From: Eledone cirrhosa
Lineage: Eukaryota
Reading direction: 5' to 3'
DNA length: 64,000 nucleotides
Assembly: GCA_964016885.1 (NCBI GenBank)
Contig: OZ024742.1
Coordinates: forward strand, 215,264,001 to 215,328,000
Shown: in pieces, positions 29,520 through 42,367 of the stretch
How positions within the stretch are numbered: the first letter of the stretch is position 1
How the letters are laid out: each line of letters begins with the position of its first letter
Position numbers and translations under genes: made by a program
The notes under the pieces: generated by a model
Database searches by the model: none
What the model saw: only the letters and a program-made list of their open reading frames with translations
What the model was told of the DNA's origin: nothing

Positions 29520-29696
29520 CTGTGTATATCTATATAGGTCATACATTAGTTTAGGAGAATATAGTATAGGGAGATTTGTAAGTTCATACAATTTGATATA
29601 AATGAATAGTACTCTTCTATAAACCCTGTTTTCCGTAATGAAGGTCTCGCTTTCGCTACAAAGAAACCAGACCTAACCAGGAAAGAAAGTAGTATA

Positions 29697-29790
29697 ATAA
29701 TTGTTTCTATTTTTGGCATAAGGCCAGCAATTATTCCAGTTCATTACTGGTGCTTTATTTTATCGACCCTGTATTGATGAAAGGCAAAGA
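29697..29790 (-). mobile_element. 3' half of a SINE
   Basis: 'aattgtttctatttttggcataaggccagc...gatgaaaggcaaag'. Confidence 0.85.
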
Positions 29791-29809
29791 TCGACAAGCA
29801 ACTCACGCA

Positions 29810-30520
29810 GTCACACAAATACCATAAGATATTAAACAGAAACACTATTAAGTTATTTTAATCACCCTCGATGAATCTTGATAGTTACATAAATACATTG
29901 ATTAAGAGACGTTAAAGCATCAATGATACAAAGAAAATTTTAATAATAATATATACATCATTGGATGTTTTCAACCAGCGTGGGTAAATAGACCAAAGGC
30001 AGTAAAAACTAGAAATAGGAAACTAATCTATCCCAACCTCTTCTCATACTTACAACATATTATAGCAACAACAATAATAATAGTGAACCATCCCTTAGAA
30101 AAGAGATACAATACAATAGCCCACGACCGGAGACCTGCCCCATACACAATATGTGTATGTCGAGTAACATGGTATACCAATGTGTGATCAGTACAGACAA
30201 ACAGAATATAAGATATATAGGGGCTACTTCAAATGTATTTAAGTAAAGGCGATAGGTTCACGCACATTACTTCAAAAATCATAAATTTAGAAATTCTACA
30301 ACATTAGCCAACAAAATATGGGAACATGAGGGGGATGGAACTGGATACGACGTTTCACGGTATTCGCCGACCAGAACAAACAAGATACAGGTATCTGTAA
30401 TATATATATACTAGAATTGTACTATATCGTTATCGAAAATTTTAATAAATATTAGATTAGAACTAGTTTTCATTTGTAGTCATAATCTTCTTGAAACTTT
30501 CTCCTATTATAACCTTGACT
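29810..30520 (+). mobile_element. Decayed Naiad-type PLE GIY-YIG region
   Basis: HKYHKILNRNTIKL, CPIHNMCMSSNMVYQC, YIGATSNVFK, STTLANKIWE. Confidence 0.8.
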
Positions 30521-31018
30521 AGCATAGAACACGAACCCACACCATACACTTTAGTCAGATAAAGAAAACTAGGAATGGACCTCAACTCTATCCGTTTAAG
30601 GAAATGTATATATTAATGACGCAAGAGAATACTCGACGTAGTTCAGCCTTATCAATAAGAACATTAAGATGCCACAATCATTTACCACTTCCTGGTCAAA
30701 GTGCCCGATAAAGAATTTTTAATTTCAGTGTGAATGACATGGCACTGACCAATGACCATGTGTCTACCCTTTACTCAACAAATAAACAGCCATTTCTGGT
30801 AGCCTCACGGGCAGAAAAACAATAATGATGTTACTATTATTATCAATGATAATGATACAGTTATTATTGATGTTAATTGCTGAGTATCTCCTTTATAAAT
30901 TTACATACCTCTTCACATATCTTTGTCATACAATATAGTTGTTGATATTTGTATACTTTTATAACGGTATATAAACTAAATTCCTCCATAGCGATACGCC
31001 TCCTTCCTCCCCCCCCCT

Positions 31019-31050
<32 letters not shown>

Positions 31051-31518
31051 ACACACACACACACACATACACATACACATACACACGCACACACACAAAA
31101 TACGAACAGGAACATAGATTCATACACATACATTTACACAGATATATATGCACTCACATATGTACACACAAATACACACACACACATATAATGAGGCGGT
31201 GTACACACACATATAAATATAAATACAAAAACACAAAAACACAAAAACAAATAGCTCTATATATACGCGCACGTGTATATACACATACACACACGTATAT
31301 ATATATATAGAAATAGCCGTCCAAACGGCTTGCGCTCTGCCGTCGTGGTCATACTTTTTCCTATATATATATACACACGTACACATACATACCAAACACA
31401 CATATATACAAACATACACACACACATACACATATACATATATATATACACACTTATATATATACACACATACATACAACCACACACATATATAGAGAGA
31501 GAGGGAGATAGAGAGAGA

Positions 31519-31675
31519 GATTACATAAGTATCAAAGTTTTGTTTAAATCATTTAATCGCTGACAATTGTTTCTTCCCAACTTAAGCTTGTCTCCCTCGG
31601 ACTCATAAGAAGTTTAGAAGCAACACTTGTCAGCGATTAAATGATTTAAACATAACTTTGATAATTATGTAATCT
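31519..31675. repeat. Short inverted repeat containing the 3' half of an HHR
   Basis: Arms of about 50 bp around a spacer of about 55 bp; the minus strand of the left arm reads GAAA-caattg-TC-agcg. Confidence 0.65.
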
Positions 31676-31837
31676 AAATTACTGCTCTGTAAAACAACTG
31701 GTGTTCTTACATTGAGCTATTTATCTTACTGGTAATAAGGTAGTAATAAATTACTGACCTCCCTGTTTATAGTTGTTTATAGTATAGTATATACATAACT
31801 ATAAATAGTGTTTTTAATATTATATATATATATATAT

Positions 31838-32504
<667 letters not shown>

Positions 32505-33163
32505 ATACATACTTACATACACACACAGAGATATACAGATATATATACACATGCACAAGCACGTATCAATATGTACGAGTCATTGGGAAGTAGTTTAGAA
32601 ACAGAAATAACTAAATAAATAAATAAGAACAACAAATCACGACCTTCCACTCTCTACTAATATCGTCACCTTATGAACACATACTTCCTAACAACATACT
32701 TTTTCTCCCTCATCTCTTTCTATATTTTATTTTTTATTTTTTATTTTTTATTGTTTTCATTTGACTTATACCCCATATTTTGTACCCCGTATGTTGTACC
32801 ATACCTTTAACACATACACACCCACCACCTTCATCCTTTACCCAGATCACTTTTTAACTATATATCCTTATCCAGATCCCATCACAGACACTCACCTTCT
32901 ACTACAACTGTTACACCCCTTTTCTCCCTTACCTATTCTTATAAATTATTTTTATTAATTAATCTCAGTTTTACTCCCCCTTGTCCTTACTTACCCACTA
33001 GGTTTTAAGTGTACTCACATAAGGTTGTATGTGGGCGCATATGCAGACAGGCTTATGTGTACATACATATATACGTGTTTTTTATTATGTTATTGTATGT
33101 GTGTGTGTGTATGTATATATATATATATGTGTGTGTATATATATATATATTTATATGTGTATG

Positions 33164-33194
<31 letters not shown>

Positions 33195-33459
33195 ATATAT
33201 GTATGTTTATGTGTACGCGTATTTATAAGCATAGAAATGGTTATTTTGTCGGTTATTCAACAAAAATATATAATTCTAACTGATTCGAAGCACTCGACAA
33301 ATCTGGAATATAATATCATTTTTTCATTTTTTTTTTTTTTTTATACTCCCACCTGCGAGTGTGGGTGTATTTTTATATGTGTGTGTATGTATATGTGTTT
33401 GTGTGTGTGTATTTTTATGTATGCATGTGTGTGTGTATTTTTATGTATACATGTGTGTG

Positions 33460-33489
<30 letters not shown>

Positions 33490-33490
<1 letters not shown>

Positions 33491-33944
33491 ACGTTAAACC
33501 TGGTCTTCCTCTTCCAGTGTGTCCATGTAGGGGCTCCCACAGGAGCACTGAGTGCAATGTCAACTCTGGATGTCGGTGAGCATTTCCAGCTAACCTCAGT
33601 CTCCTCTGTGTCACTTTTGAGCTGACCTTTGGGAGGGTCCCATACAGCTCTGAATTTTTTCATCCTCAGTTTATACTGATTAATGTTCAGAGCCATCCTC
33701 ACAATTCTCTTGTAGCACCCATCCACCATCTGAGTGAGTTTCTTGGTCAGTGTCCAAGTCTCAGACCCGTACAGCAGCACAGAATCCACTACAGCAATCA
33801 AGATGAACGTATGTTGATGCCCTAAGGACAGACACTGGTCTGTTGGAGACGCAGGACATGGCAGCGATAATGAGGGACAGAGACCGCTGGAGAGAACTCG
33901 TCCGTGGAACTCGGGAATTTTACCTGCACTTGAATAGAATAGAA

Positions 33945-33945
<1 letters not shown>
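33490..33945 (+). mobile_element. RTE-clade LINE 3' end with a 5' inversion
   Basis: 33490-33803 (-) encodes SVLLYGSETWTLTK...GCYKRIVRMALN...WEPLHGHTGRGRPGLTY. 33806-33945 (+) continues TYVDALRTDTG...MRDRDRWR and ends in (atgaa/atagaa)-type repeats. Confidence 0.85.
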
Positions 33946-34015
<70 letters not shown>

Positions 34016-34080
34016 GGATATGTTGATTTAACACTTCACTGCTCGCAAGTGTTTTTTAAGCTTCATATCATGTCTCTCTA

Positions 34081-34148
34081 TTTTATCTGATGAGAATGCA
34101 AATATCATCCCATGATGATATTTGTTTTTGAAATGCGAATAATAAAAT
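34081..34148 (+). ncRNA. Type I HHR, 'tgcgca' family
   Basis: ttttat-CTGATGA...GAAA-tgcgaa-TA-ataaaa. Confidence 0.7.
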
Positions 34149-34189
34149 ACCTGGAACTCTTTTAAGCATCTTTTGATCTTATATTATAT

Positions 34190-34219
<30 letters not shown>

Positions 34220-34220
<1 letters not shown>

Positions 34221-34413
34221 ACGAAGGAAATGTGGTAAGGAACCAGGTGGACCATAACGCACCAAAGTACTCAAAACTTAGGGTAGTAGAGTGGGTAATA
34301 GGAACGAGTAGGACCCCGACGGCTGAGCTCAAGCCGTTTCGACGGCTAATTCTGGACAGAATTAGCCGTCGAAACGGCTTGAGCTCAGCCGTCGGGGTCC
34401 TACTCGTTCCTAT
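34220..34413 (-). mobile_element. Very small PLE-end insertion with a perfect 56-bp-arm hairpin (34298-34413)
   Basis: Exact inverted repeat with a 4-nt spacer; arms contain the HHR 3' half GAAA-cggc...gccg-TC-gggg; (TA)n on both sides. Confidence 0.75.
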
Positions 34414-34429
34414 ATATATATATATATAT

Positions 34430-34853
34430 ATAATATAAGATCAAAAGATGGTTAAAGGAGTTCAATATATTTTATTATGCGCATTTCAAAAACAAACATC
34501 ATCAAACAATAATATTTGTGTTTTCATCAGATAAAACAGGAGAACATGATATGAAGGCTAAAAAAACCTTTGTTGATAGTGCAGTTTTAAATCAACATAT
34601 GTTGATTTAAAACTGCACTATCAACAAGTGTTTTTTTAGCCTTCATATCATGTTCTCCTGTTTTATCTGATGAAAACACAAATATTATTGTTTGATGATG
34701 TTTGTTTTTGAAATGCGCATAATAAAATATATTGAACTCCTTTAACCATCTTTTGATCTTATATTATGCATACTCCAGTCCCACAAACTGTAGAGTGCTT
34801 CTTATCCGATATCTGCATTGCTTTATTGTACTACAATAAAACTCACCTCCTAC

Positions 34854-34858
<5 letters not shown>
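34430..34858 (+). mobile_element. Spacerless palindromic PLE-end insertion (169-bp arms) with a tail of about 90 bp; HHRs at 34470-34536 (-) and 34661-34727 (+)
   Basis: Centre caacat|atgttg; ttttat-CTGATGA...GAAA-tgcgca-TA-ataaaa. Confidence 0.85.
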
Positions 34859-34921
<63 letters not shown>

Positions 34922-34922
34922 G

Positions 34923-34971
<49 letters not shown>

Positions 34972-35291
34972 TTTTGTATCTATGTGTATGTGTGTATGCA
35001 TTTACGTTTATATGTATGCGTGAGTTGATTTTTTATTGCGTGCGTTTGTGCGCGCGCGTAAATATACGTATGTACGTGGGTTATGTACCTTTGAGATTCA
35101 TTTATCTAATTTATTGTAGAATGTGTATGTATGTGGATGTGTGTGTATCTGTATGGATGTAAGTGTATATATATGTGTGCGTGTATGTGGATATATATAT
35201 ATATATGCATGCATATATATATGTATGTATATTTATTTTATATATATATACATATATGTGTATGTGTTTGTATCTGAGTATAGGTATATAT

Positions 35292-35344
<53 letters not shown>

Positions 35345-35642
35345 TATCGTGTGTATTTGTTAATTCTTAAGTTGTTTTTATTTATCCCCCCCCCACATAC
35401 ACACACACACACTCACACCTTTCGTTGTAAACTCTTTGAATTTATATTGATTTTCAAATTTATTTTATTTTCATATATATATATATATGCAAAAGTTCTA
35501 TTTAAATTGTTGGGATACAACAAGCAAATATCTTTATAACTGATATAAAGCACTCGATGTCTTCCAAAAGTAACGGTTGCATTTTGAAAGGGTACGTCAA
35601 TGTTTATTTATAAAACAACGAAAAATCAGTGATTCATTTAGA

Positions 35643-35910
35643 CTCAGTTTATTGCGTGTTACAATTGTTTCGCCGGTAGGTAGCTCGAGACATGATCACT
35701 GTATGGATCTGGCTGATTCTACGGCTGCAGGTTCCATCGGACACGGGAAGTTCGCTCTGAGCAAATTTTCTCAGTTCGTTCGGAGAAAATTTTCTCGGAA
35801 CGAAATACCCGTGTCCGAAGGAATTTGCAGCCGTAGAATCAGCCAGATCCATACAGTGATCATGTCTGGAGCTACCTGCCGGCTTATCAATTGTAACACG
35901 CAATAAACTG
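35643..35910. repeat. Diverged fold-back repeat containing a decayed HHR
   Basis: Arms of about 125 bp; minus strand cgtgt-CCGATGG...GAAA-caattg-TA-acacg. Confidence 0.7.
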
Positions 35911-36241
35911 ACTCGAGATGCATCACTGATGTTTCGTTTTGTTATACTATATATATAGAGAGAGAGGAAAGAATGAAACGAAATTTCATTTCTCACGCTT
36001 ATTACGGCTGATACTGAAATATAAGTATGTATACGTACATACATATATGTGTACAGACACACAGTAGTATGTATATATATATATACATGCACACATATAT
36101 ATATATATATATATATATGTACGTATGGGTTTAGCGAACATTTATTATAATGTTCTGGCTGTTTGTAAACAAACAGCCCGAATTACGCGGTACAGTGCTC
36201 GGCAACCATCGTCGCCCTTTTGTTCAACACTGGCGCAGGAA

Positions 36242-36282
36242 CGATGTACTGGTTTCAAGCTTATTAGCTATCGTCAGCATCG
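36242..36282 (-). ncRNA. Minimal type I HHR with intact core and a GUA site
   Basis: Minus strand: cgatg-CTGACGA-tagct aata agctt-GAAA-ccag-TA-catcg. Confidence 0.8.
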
Positions 36283-36698
36283 TATACCTTTCTGTCAGAT
36301 GATTGATCGTCTGAAAGTATATACTTTCCTTATGCATATTAACGGCTGAGCAGCCTAATTTGCATATTGAGTGCGTTAGTCGGCCGGGCATACCGAAAAC
36401 GATAAATGGAAAAGAATGAAACGAAATTTCATTTCTCACTCGTAGTATGGCTGATACTTAAATATAAGTATGTATACGTACATACATATATGTGTACAGA
36501 CGCACAGTAGTATGTATATATATGCATACATGCACATATATATATATGTACGTATGAGTTTACCGCACATTTATTATAATGTTCGGTTTGTTTGTAAACA
36601 AACAAACAGCCCGAATTACGCCGCAGACTGCTCGGCAACCATCGTCGCCCTTTTGTTCAACACTGACACAGGAACGGTGTACTAGTTTCAATATTATT

Positions 36699-37066
36699 AG
36701 CTATTATATACATACTACTGTGCGTCTGTACACATATATGTATGTACGTATACACACTTATATATATAATAAAGAGGATTTAAAAGATGGTTAAAAGCGG
36801 TCCATATATTTTATTATGCGCATAATTTCGAATACAAAATCATCCTGGGATAAAAATTGTGTTCTCTTCAGATAAAATCAGGTAACATGATAAGAGGCAT
36901 AATAGCACTTGTTTACAGGAAAGTGCTAAGTCTACATATGACAGAAATATAAGTGCTAAAACTATAGTAAGAAATAGACCGGAAAATAGAAAAAAAGGAA
37001 AGAAGAGGAGAAAAGGTAAATGAAGAGAAGAAAAGAAAGGAAAAAAAGAAGAAAAAAAAGAAGAGG

Positions 37067-37126
<60 letters not shown>

Positions 37127-37662
37127 TACTTTTTCCTTTTCCTTTTCTCCCCTTCTTTCCTTTCTTCTATTTTCCTATCTATTTCTTACTATAGTTTCAG
37201 CACTATTTCTGTCATATGTAGACTTAGCACTTTCCTGTAAACAAGTGCTATTAAGCATCTTACCATGTTACCTTATTTTATCTGATGAGAACACAATTTT
37301 TCTCCCAGGATGATTTTGTATTCGAAATTATGCGCATAATAAAATATATGGACCGCTTTTAACCATCTTTTAAATCCTCTTTATTATATATATAAGTATG
37401 TATACGTACATACATATATGTGTACAGACGCACAGTAGTATGTATATAATAGCTTATCGTGTTACCTTATTGTATCTGATGAGAAAACAATTTTTGTCCC
37501 GGTATGATTTTGTATTCGAAATGCGCATAATGAAATATATGGAACTCTTTTAACGATCTTTTAATTCCTCTTCATTATATATACTCCAGTTCTACCAACA
37601 GTTGAGTGCTACTTATCTGATATATGCATAGTTTTATTGTTCTACAATATTAATCACCTTCT

Positions 37663-37665
<3 letters not shown>
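36699..37665 (+). mobile_element. Composite fold-back: arms 36699-37020 and 37130-37454 around (GA)n, followed by a tandem HHR pLTR and tail
   Basis: Reverse-complement arms; 'tgcgca'-family HHRs near 36810 (-), 37276 (+) and 37470 (+); tail homologous to 34768-34858. Confidence 0.75.
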
Positions 37666-37752
<87 letters not shown>

Positions 37753-37974
37753 TTATTAAAAAAACAGATTAAAGTTTAAGCTAAGAATCGCTGCTTTCAC
37801 CCTTAACGGGATCTTCAGAAGAATATATATATATATAAATATGATGATTTCTAATGAATGAAACAGTTCTAGTCCTGTAGAATCTCATCTATATTAAAAC
37901 TGTTATACTCTGCTATGTATTGAGTACCTTACTTACTGTGGTTACCTCCGATTCAACCCGGAATAACGTATATA

Positions 37975-38073
<99 letters not shown>

Positions 38074-38979
38074 GTGTGTGTGTGTGTGCGTGTGTATGTA
38101 TGTGTGTGTGCGTGTGTGTGTATGTGTGTGTATATATATATATGCATATGTTGCATGCGTTTACAAATGTCTAAGCTCGAAGTGGTGCTCAGAGCTTGCG
38201 ATCTCTAATACTTCACTATGAAAATCCCCTCGGGAAATTCATTAACAAGGGAAACCCCATTCACATACCCCCGAAATATAATTGGCTGTTCTCCTTCTGA
38301 CGGAAAGGCGTGACTATGAATGCTCCTTACGGCACGAATTTCGTATAATTTTGTATACAACCATATGTGCATACATACTTACTTAAATACATACAAGCCT
38401 ACTCATTTACATCCAACAAAAGATAGAGGCATATATACTACCATGCATATAACAATACACACAAAAGTACATTTTCCCACACATAAATGTATGCATACAT
38501 ACCGCAAATGTGAGATAAATATTATCTCCGCCCTATAATGAGCCTTGTAAAATAACTGTTATTTTTGTGGATTTATTGAAAGCAACTTTAATTCGAAGTT
38601 TTTTTTATATCCGTTTACAATTTGAAATCACCTTACAATGATCTGCAACAAACAACATGGCTGGACACAATAACGTAAACATCACCAACAGCAGTGAAGA
38701 AACGAAGAAAAACACCAACGAGAAAATTAAACGGAATATGTTTAGTTGTTGTTACAGAAAGAACAAAAATTGTAAATCGCATATTCCTTTGTGCGATCTC
38801 AATAACTATCTATTTAATTATTATAACATGGCATAAAAATCATTCCTTTGTTGGCTATACGAACAGAATGAAGCTAAAGTGGAAAAAACTTCACCCATAG
38901 TTAAATTATTTCACAGCCATAAAGCTATGGCCACAAGCAACGTTTGCCGAATGTTATAATAGCAAAACATATTCTAAAT

Positions 38980-39895
38980 AATAATTATTTCTACATTTGG
39001 CACAAGGCCAGCAATTATCTCAGTGCATTACTGGTACTTTATTTTATCGGCCCCGTAAGGATGAAAGGCAAAGTTAACCTCGGCGGAATTTGAACTCAGA
39101 TCATAAAGGGGAGTAACTCTGTGCTACAAAGCATAACGTCCGACACTCTACCGCTACTGCCAATCCACCGCCCATTCAAAATAATAATTGTTTCTACTTT
39201 TTTGGCACAAGGCCAGCACTTATCCAGTACATTACTAGTACTTTATTTTATCGATCCCGTAAGGATGAAAGGCAAAGTTAACCTCAGCGGGATTCGAACT
39301 CAGAATGACAAGGGCCGTAACTCTATGCGTCAAAACATAGCGTCCAACCCTCTACCGATACTGCCAATCCATGATTTTTAATTTTGGAAGAAGACCAACA
39401 ATTTTGAGGAAGGAAAAAGTTGATTATAACGACCCTAGTGCGTTACTGGTACTTTATTTTATCGACCCCGTTAGGGTGATGTCTAAAACCAACCTCGGCG
39501 GGATTTGACATTAGAACGTAAAGAACCGAAAATATATTCCGAAAAAGAATGTTGTCTGACGCTCTACCGATACTGCCAATTCACCGCCCTATTTATTCAA
39601 AATAATAATTGTTTCTACTTTTGGCACAAGGCCAGCAATTATTCCAGTGCATTACTCCCCGTAAGGACGAAAGGCAAAGTTAACCTCAGCGGGATTTGAA
39701 CTCAGACGGTAAAGGAGCGTAACTCTATGTTGCAAAGCATGGTGTTCGACCCCCTACCGATACTGCTAATCCATATAATAATTGTTTCTACTTTTGGCAC
39801 AAGGCCAGCAATTATCCAGTGCATTACTGGTACTTTATTTTATCGACCCCATAAGGATGAAAGGCAAAGTTAACCTCGGTGGGATTTGAACTGGG
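38980..39895 (-). mobile_element. Cluster of five head-to-tail SINE copies
   Basis: Units start near 38980, 39183, 39380, 39603 and 39776, all matching the 8021 family in reverse. Confidence 0.9.
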
Positions 39896-40289
39896 AATGT
39901 AATGTAATATCCTAGATGTGAAACTACTATAAATAACAATACTAAATGTACATTTTCCTAGTTCATACACGCAATCAACACATTGCTCAACTACATTACC
40001 TCGCAGTCTGTCTGACCGTCAGTATCAAATACCGTCAATGATAGTAAGTGTATGATTAGCTGGGAATATATAGAGTACAAACAATTGAAAGGCTCCCATA
40101 GTGAATTTTACTTTCAAAATGTGACTGAAAATGACAATATTAAACAAGATCCCGAATAAAGAATGTTCTCGTGTTAACAATAAAATCTCAGGTGAAAATT
40201 TACGAGAAATTAAAACCTCTATATTTTGTTAATTTAACGTTACCTATATGAATTAAAACGCGGGTTAAACATTATCCTGATGGTACTAG

Positions 40290-40890
40290 AGCGGCTGACA
40301 CGAAGAAAACAACAAAAAACAGCATCGTATATTTCCAAAATAGTATTAAAGAACGATAATCTATGATAAAACTACAGCAATATAGGAGGGTAATGAGTGA
40401 ATTATAATAAAACATTCGATACTGCTTCATTTTATTGGACGCCCGAGGCCTTTCCACTTGCTCAATCTAACATATCATAATCAGAGCTAAAGAAAACGCA
40501 CCTTCTTCCTGGGCCTCGATTCGAAAGTTTAATGCTGTAGAACGATATTCTCACTTATAAATTGACGAACTGTAAGTGTATCTCAAAAACATAATGGCAT
40601 GAACAAAAAGATTGACTATGTTGCAAAATTCTCCAAAGATATCACGTGGGATAATGGCGAGGATAAATGTTTCTATATGATGATAAAGCAAGGAACATCT
40701 ACAGGTTAATCTAGCAACGTCTCTATCAATAGCCTGAATGTTACTCCAGTATCTGACGATGAGTGCTACACGTACTTAGGAGATGGATGAACATATATCG
40801 GGTAATGGAATTTGTAAGAAGGGATGCCTAACCAAGGAAGATAACGCACGGTAACAGAAATATGGTCTTCCCAGCTCTCAATATACGCTG
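40290..40890 (+). mobile_element. Highly decayed RT fragment of an R4/Dong-like (REL-endonuclease) LINE
   Basis: Decayed motifs NYNKTFDT..W, SHL.IDEL, FSKDIT..GEDKC, CYTYLG, IWSSQLS. Confidence 0.65.
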
Positions 40891-40984
40891 CTCTGCTTGT
40901 GCAGATCTCTATCGATTGGGGATGAAACTGACAACCCATATGTGTTAAAGCTATACGCGAAACATTTAATCATTAAGTAAATAG

Positions 40985-41072
40985 AAGTCTGATGATCTTT
41001 TGATCCTAGAGTAAGGACCGATCGATTAGGTATCAAAAGTTGAGCTGATCAATCGCGAAACGCGCGTCACAC
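40985..41072 (+). ncRNA. HHR-like motif with weak stem I
   Basis: CTGATGA-tcttttgat...atcaaaagt...GAAA-cgcgcg-TC. Confidence 0.45.
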
Positions 41073-41344
41073 CTGAATAAACGAAATGATAATTATTTTT
41101 CACCTCGTCCATACTTATTAATTATATATACTTATATATATGCGTGTGTGCATGTGTGTGCCTGAGTATGTGTGTCCTGGTGTATGTGTGTGTATGTGCG
41201 CGCATTTGTGTCTGTGAATATGTATCTCCGTGTCCGTATGTCTGTGTGCGTGCATGTGCATTTTTGTATATGTGTGTGTGTGTGTGTCATTTCTATAGAG
41301 AAGGAGTTGGCTTCGACATTATTGTCGATAAATATTAGTTTTGT

Positions 41345-41760
41345 TACCCTTCTCCTTCTTCTTTGTGAGAGGGTCGTGGGGCAGAGTCCTAAAAACACTC
41401 CTTCCAGTGGGTCCTGTTACGAGCTAACGTCTCTAACTCATCCATCTGGATCCCCAACCGAGACCACAATGCTCATGGATGTTGTCCATCCATCTTGCTC
41501 GGGGTCTACACCTGGGTCTCCTACCGATTAGTTTTGCCCGTAAAATCTGTGGAGCTATTCGTTCCTGAGACATTCTAACCACATATCCATAGTATCGGAG
41601 CAGTGATCTCTCAATTCAGAGAAGTAGCGGATATACCTGTAGGGACTCTCTGATCTCCGAACTACGGACTTTATCGAGTAACCATACTATTTTTTTAATG
41701 TTAATATTCGCTGAGCAGCTATCGTCTATATCATCCACATACAATATATTTTCTGATTCA
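41345..41760 (-). mobile_element. RTE-clade LINE 3' fragment, same family as 11900-12338
   Basis: Minus translation LLDKVRSSEIRESLQV...IERSLLRYYGYVVRM...GRRPRCRPRARWMDNI. Confidence 0.8.
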
Positions 41761-42294
41761 CACTACTACACTAAACATGTTACGCCTGGAAGATGTTTGA
41801 ATGGGAAATGTTAATAAATATAGTAAGGCTTATGTACCAGAATCATAATTTTGAATAATATCCATGATTTAGTATTTACTACGCATAGATTGTACATTGA
41901 AAGGGTTTAGGAACATATCAGCATATCCGAGTGTAACATTGCATATACTGGCATCACATGTGTCATAAATTCCATAACTATGTAACGAAGTCCGAAAAAA
42001 ATGTAGAATTTGCGTCCTTTAATTAAGTGTAATTCTCTGTAAACTGAAAATATGATAATTATCATTCATCAGTTTTTGAATCAGAGTGGATTCTCATCAG
42101 AAGATATGTATATGATTCAAGCAGCTATAAGATAAAACGTAACCCAGTTATTATATACCCAACCACTTACTGAAATGGACGTACTAATTGACATATCAAC
42201 AGCAATCGTTCTAGCTGTGAATTGTGTGCTCAGCAGCAGGAGTATATGATGAAATGATATCTGAATATATACAAGATAAATATAATCGAGACTG

Positions 42295-42349
<55 letters not shown>

Positions 42350-42367
42350 TTATTTATATATATATAT

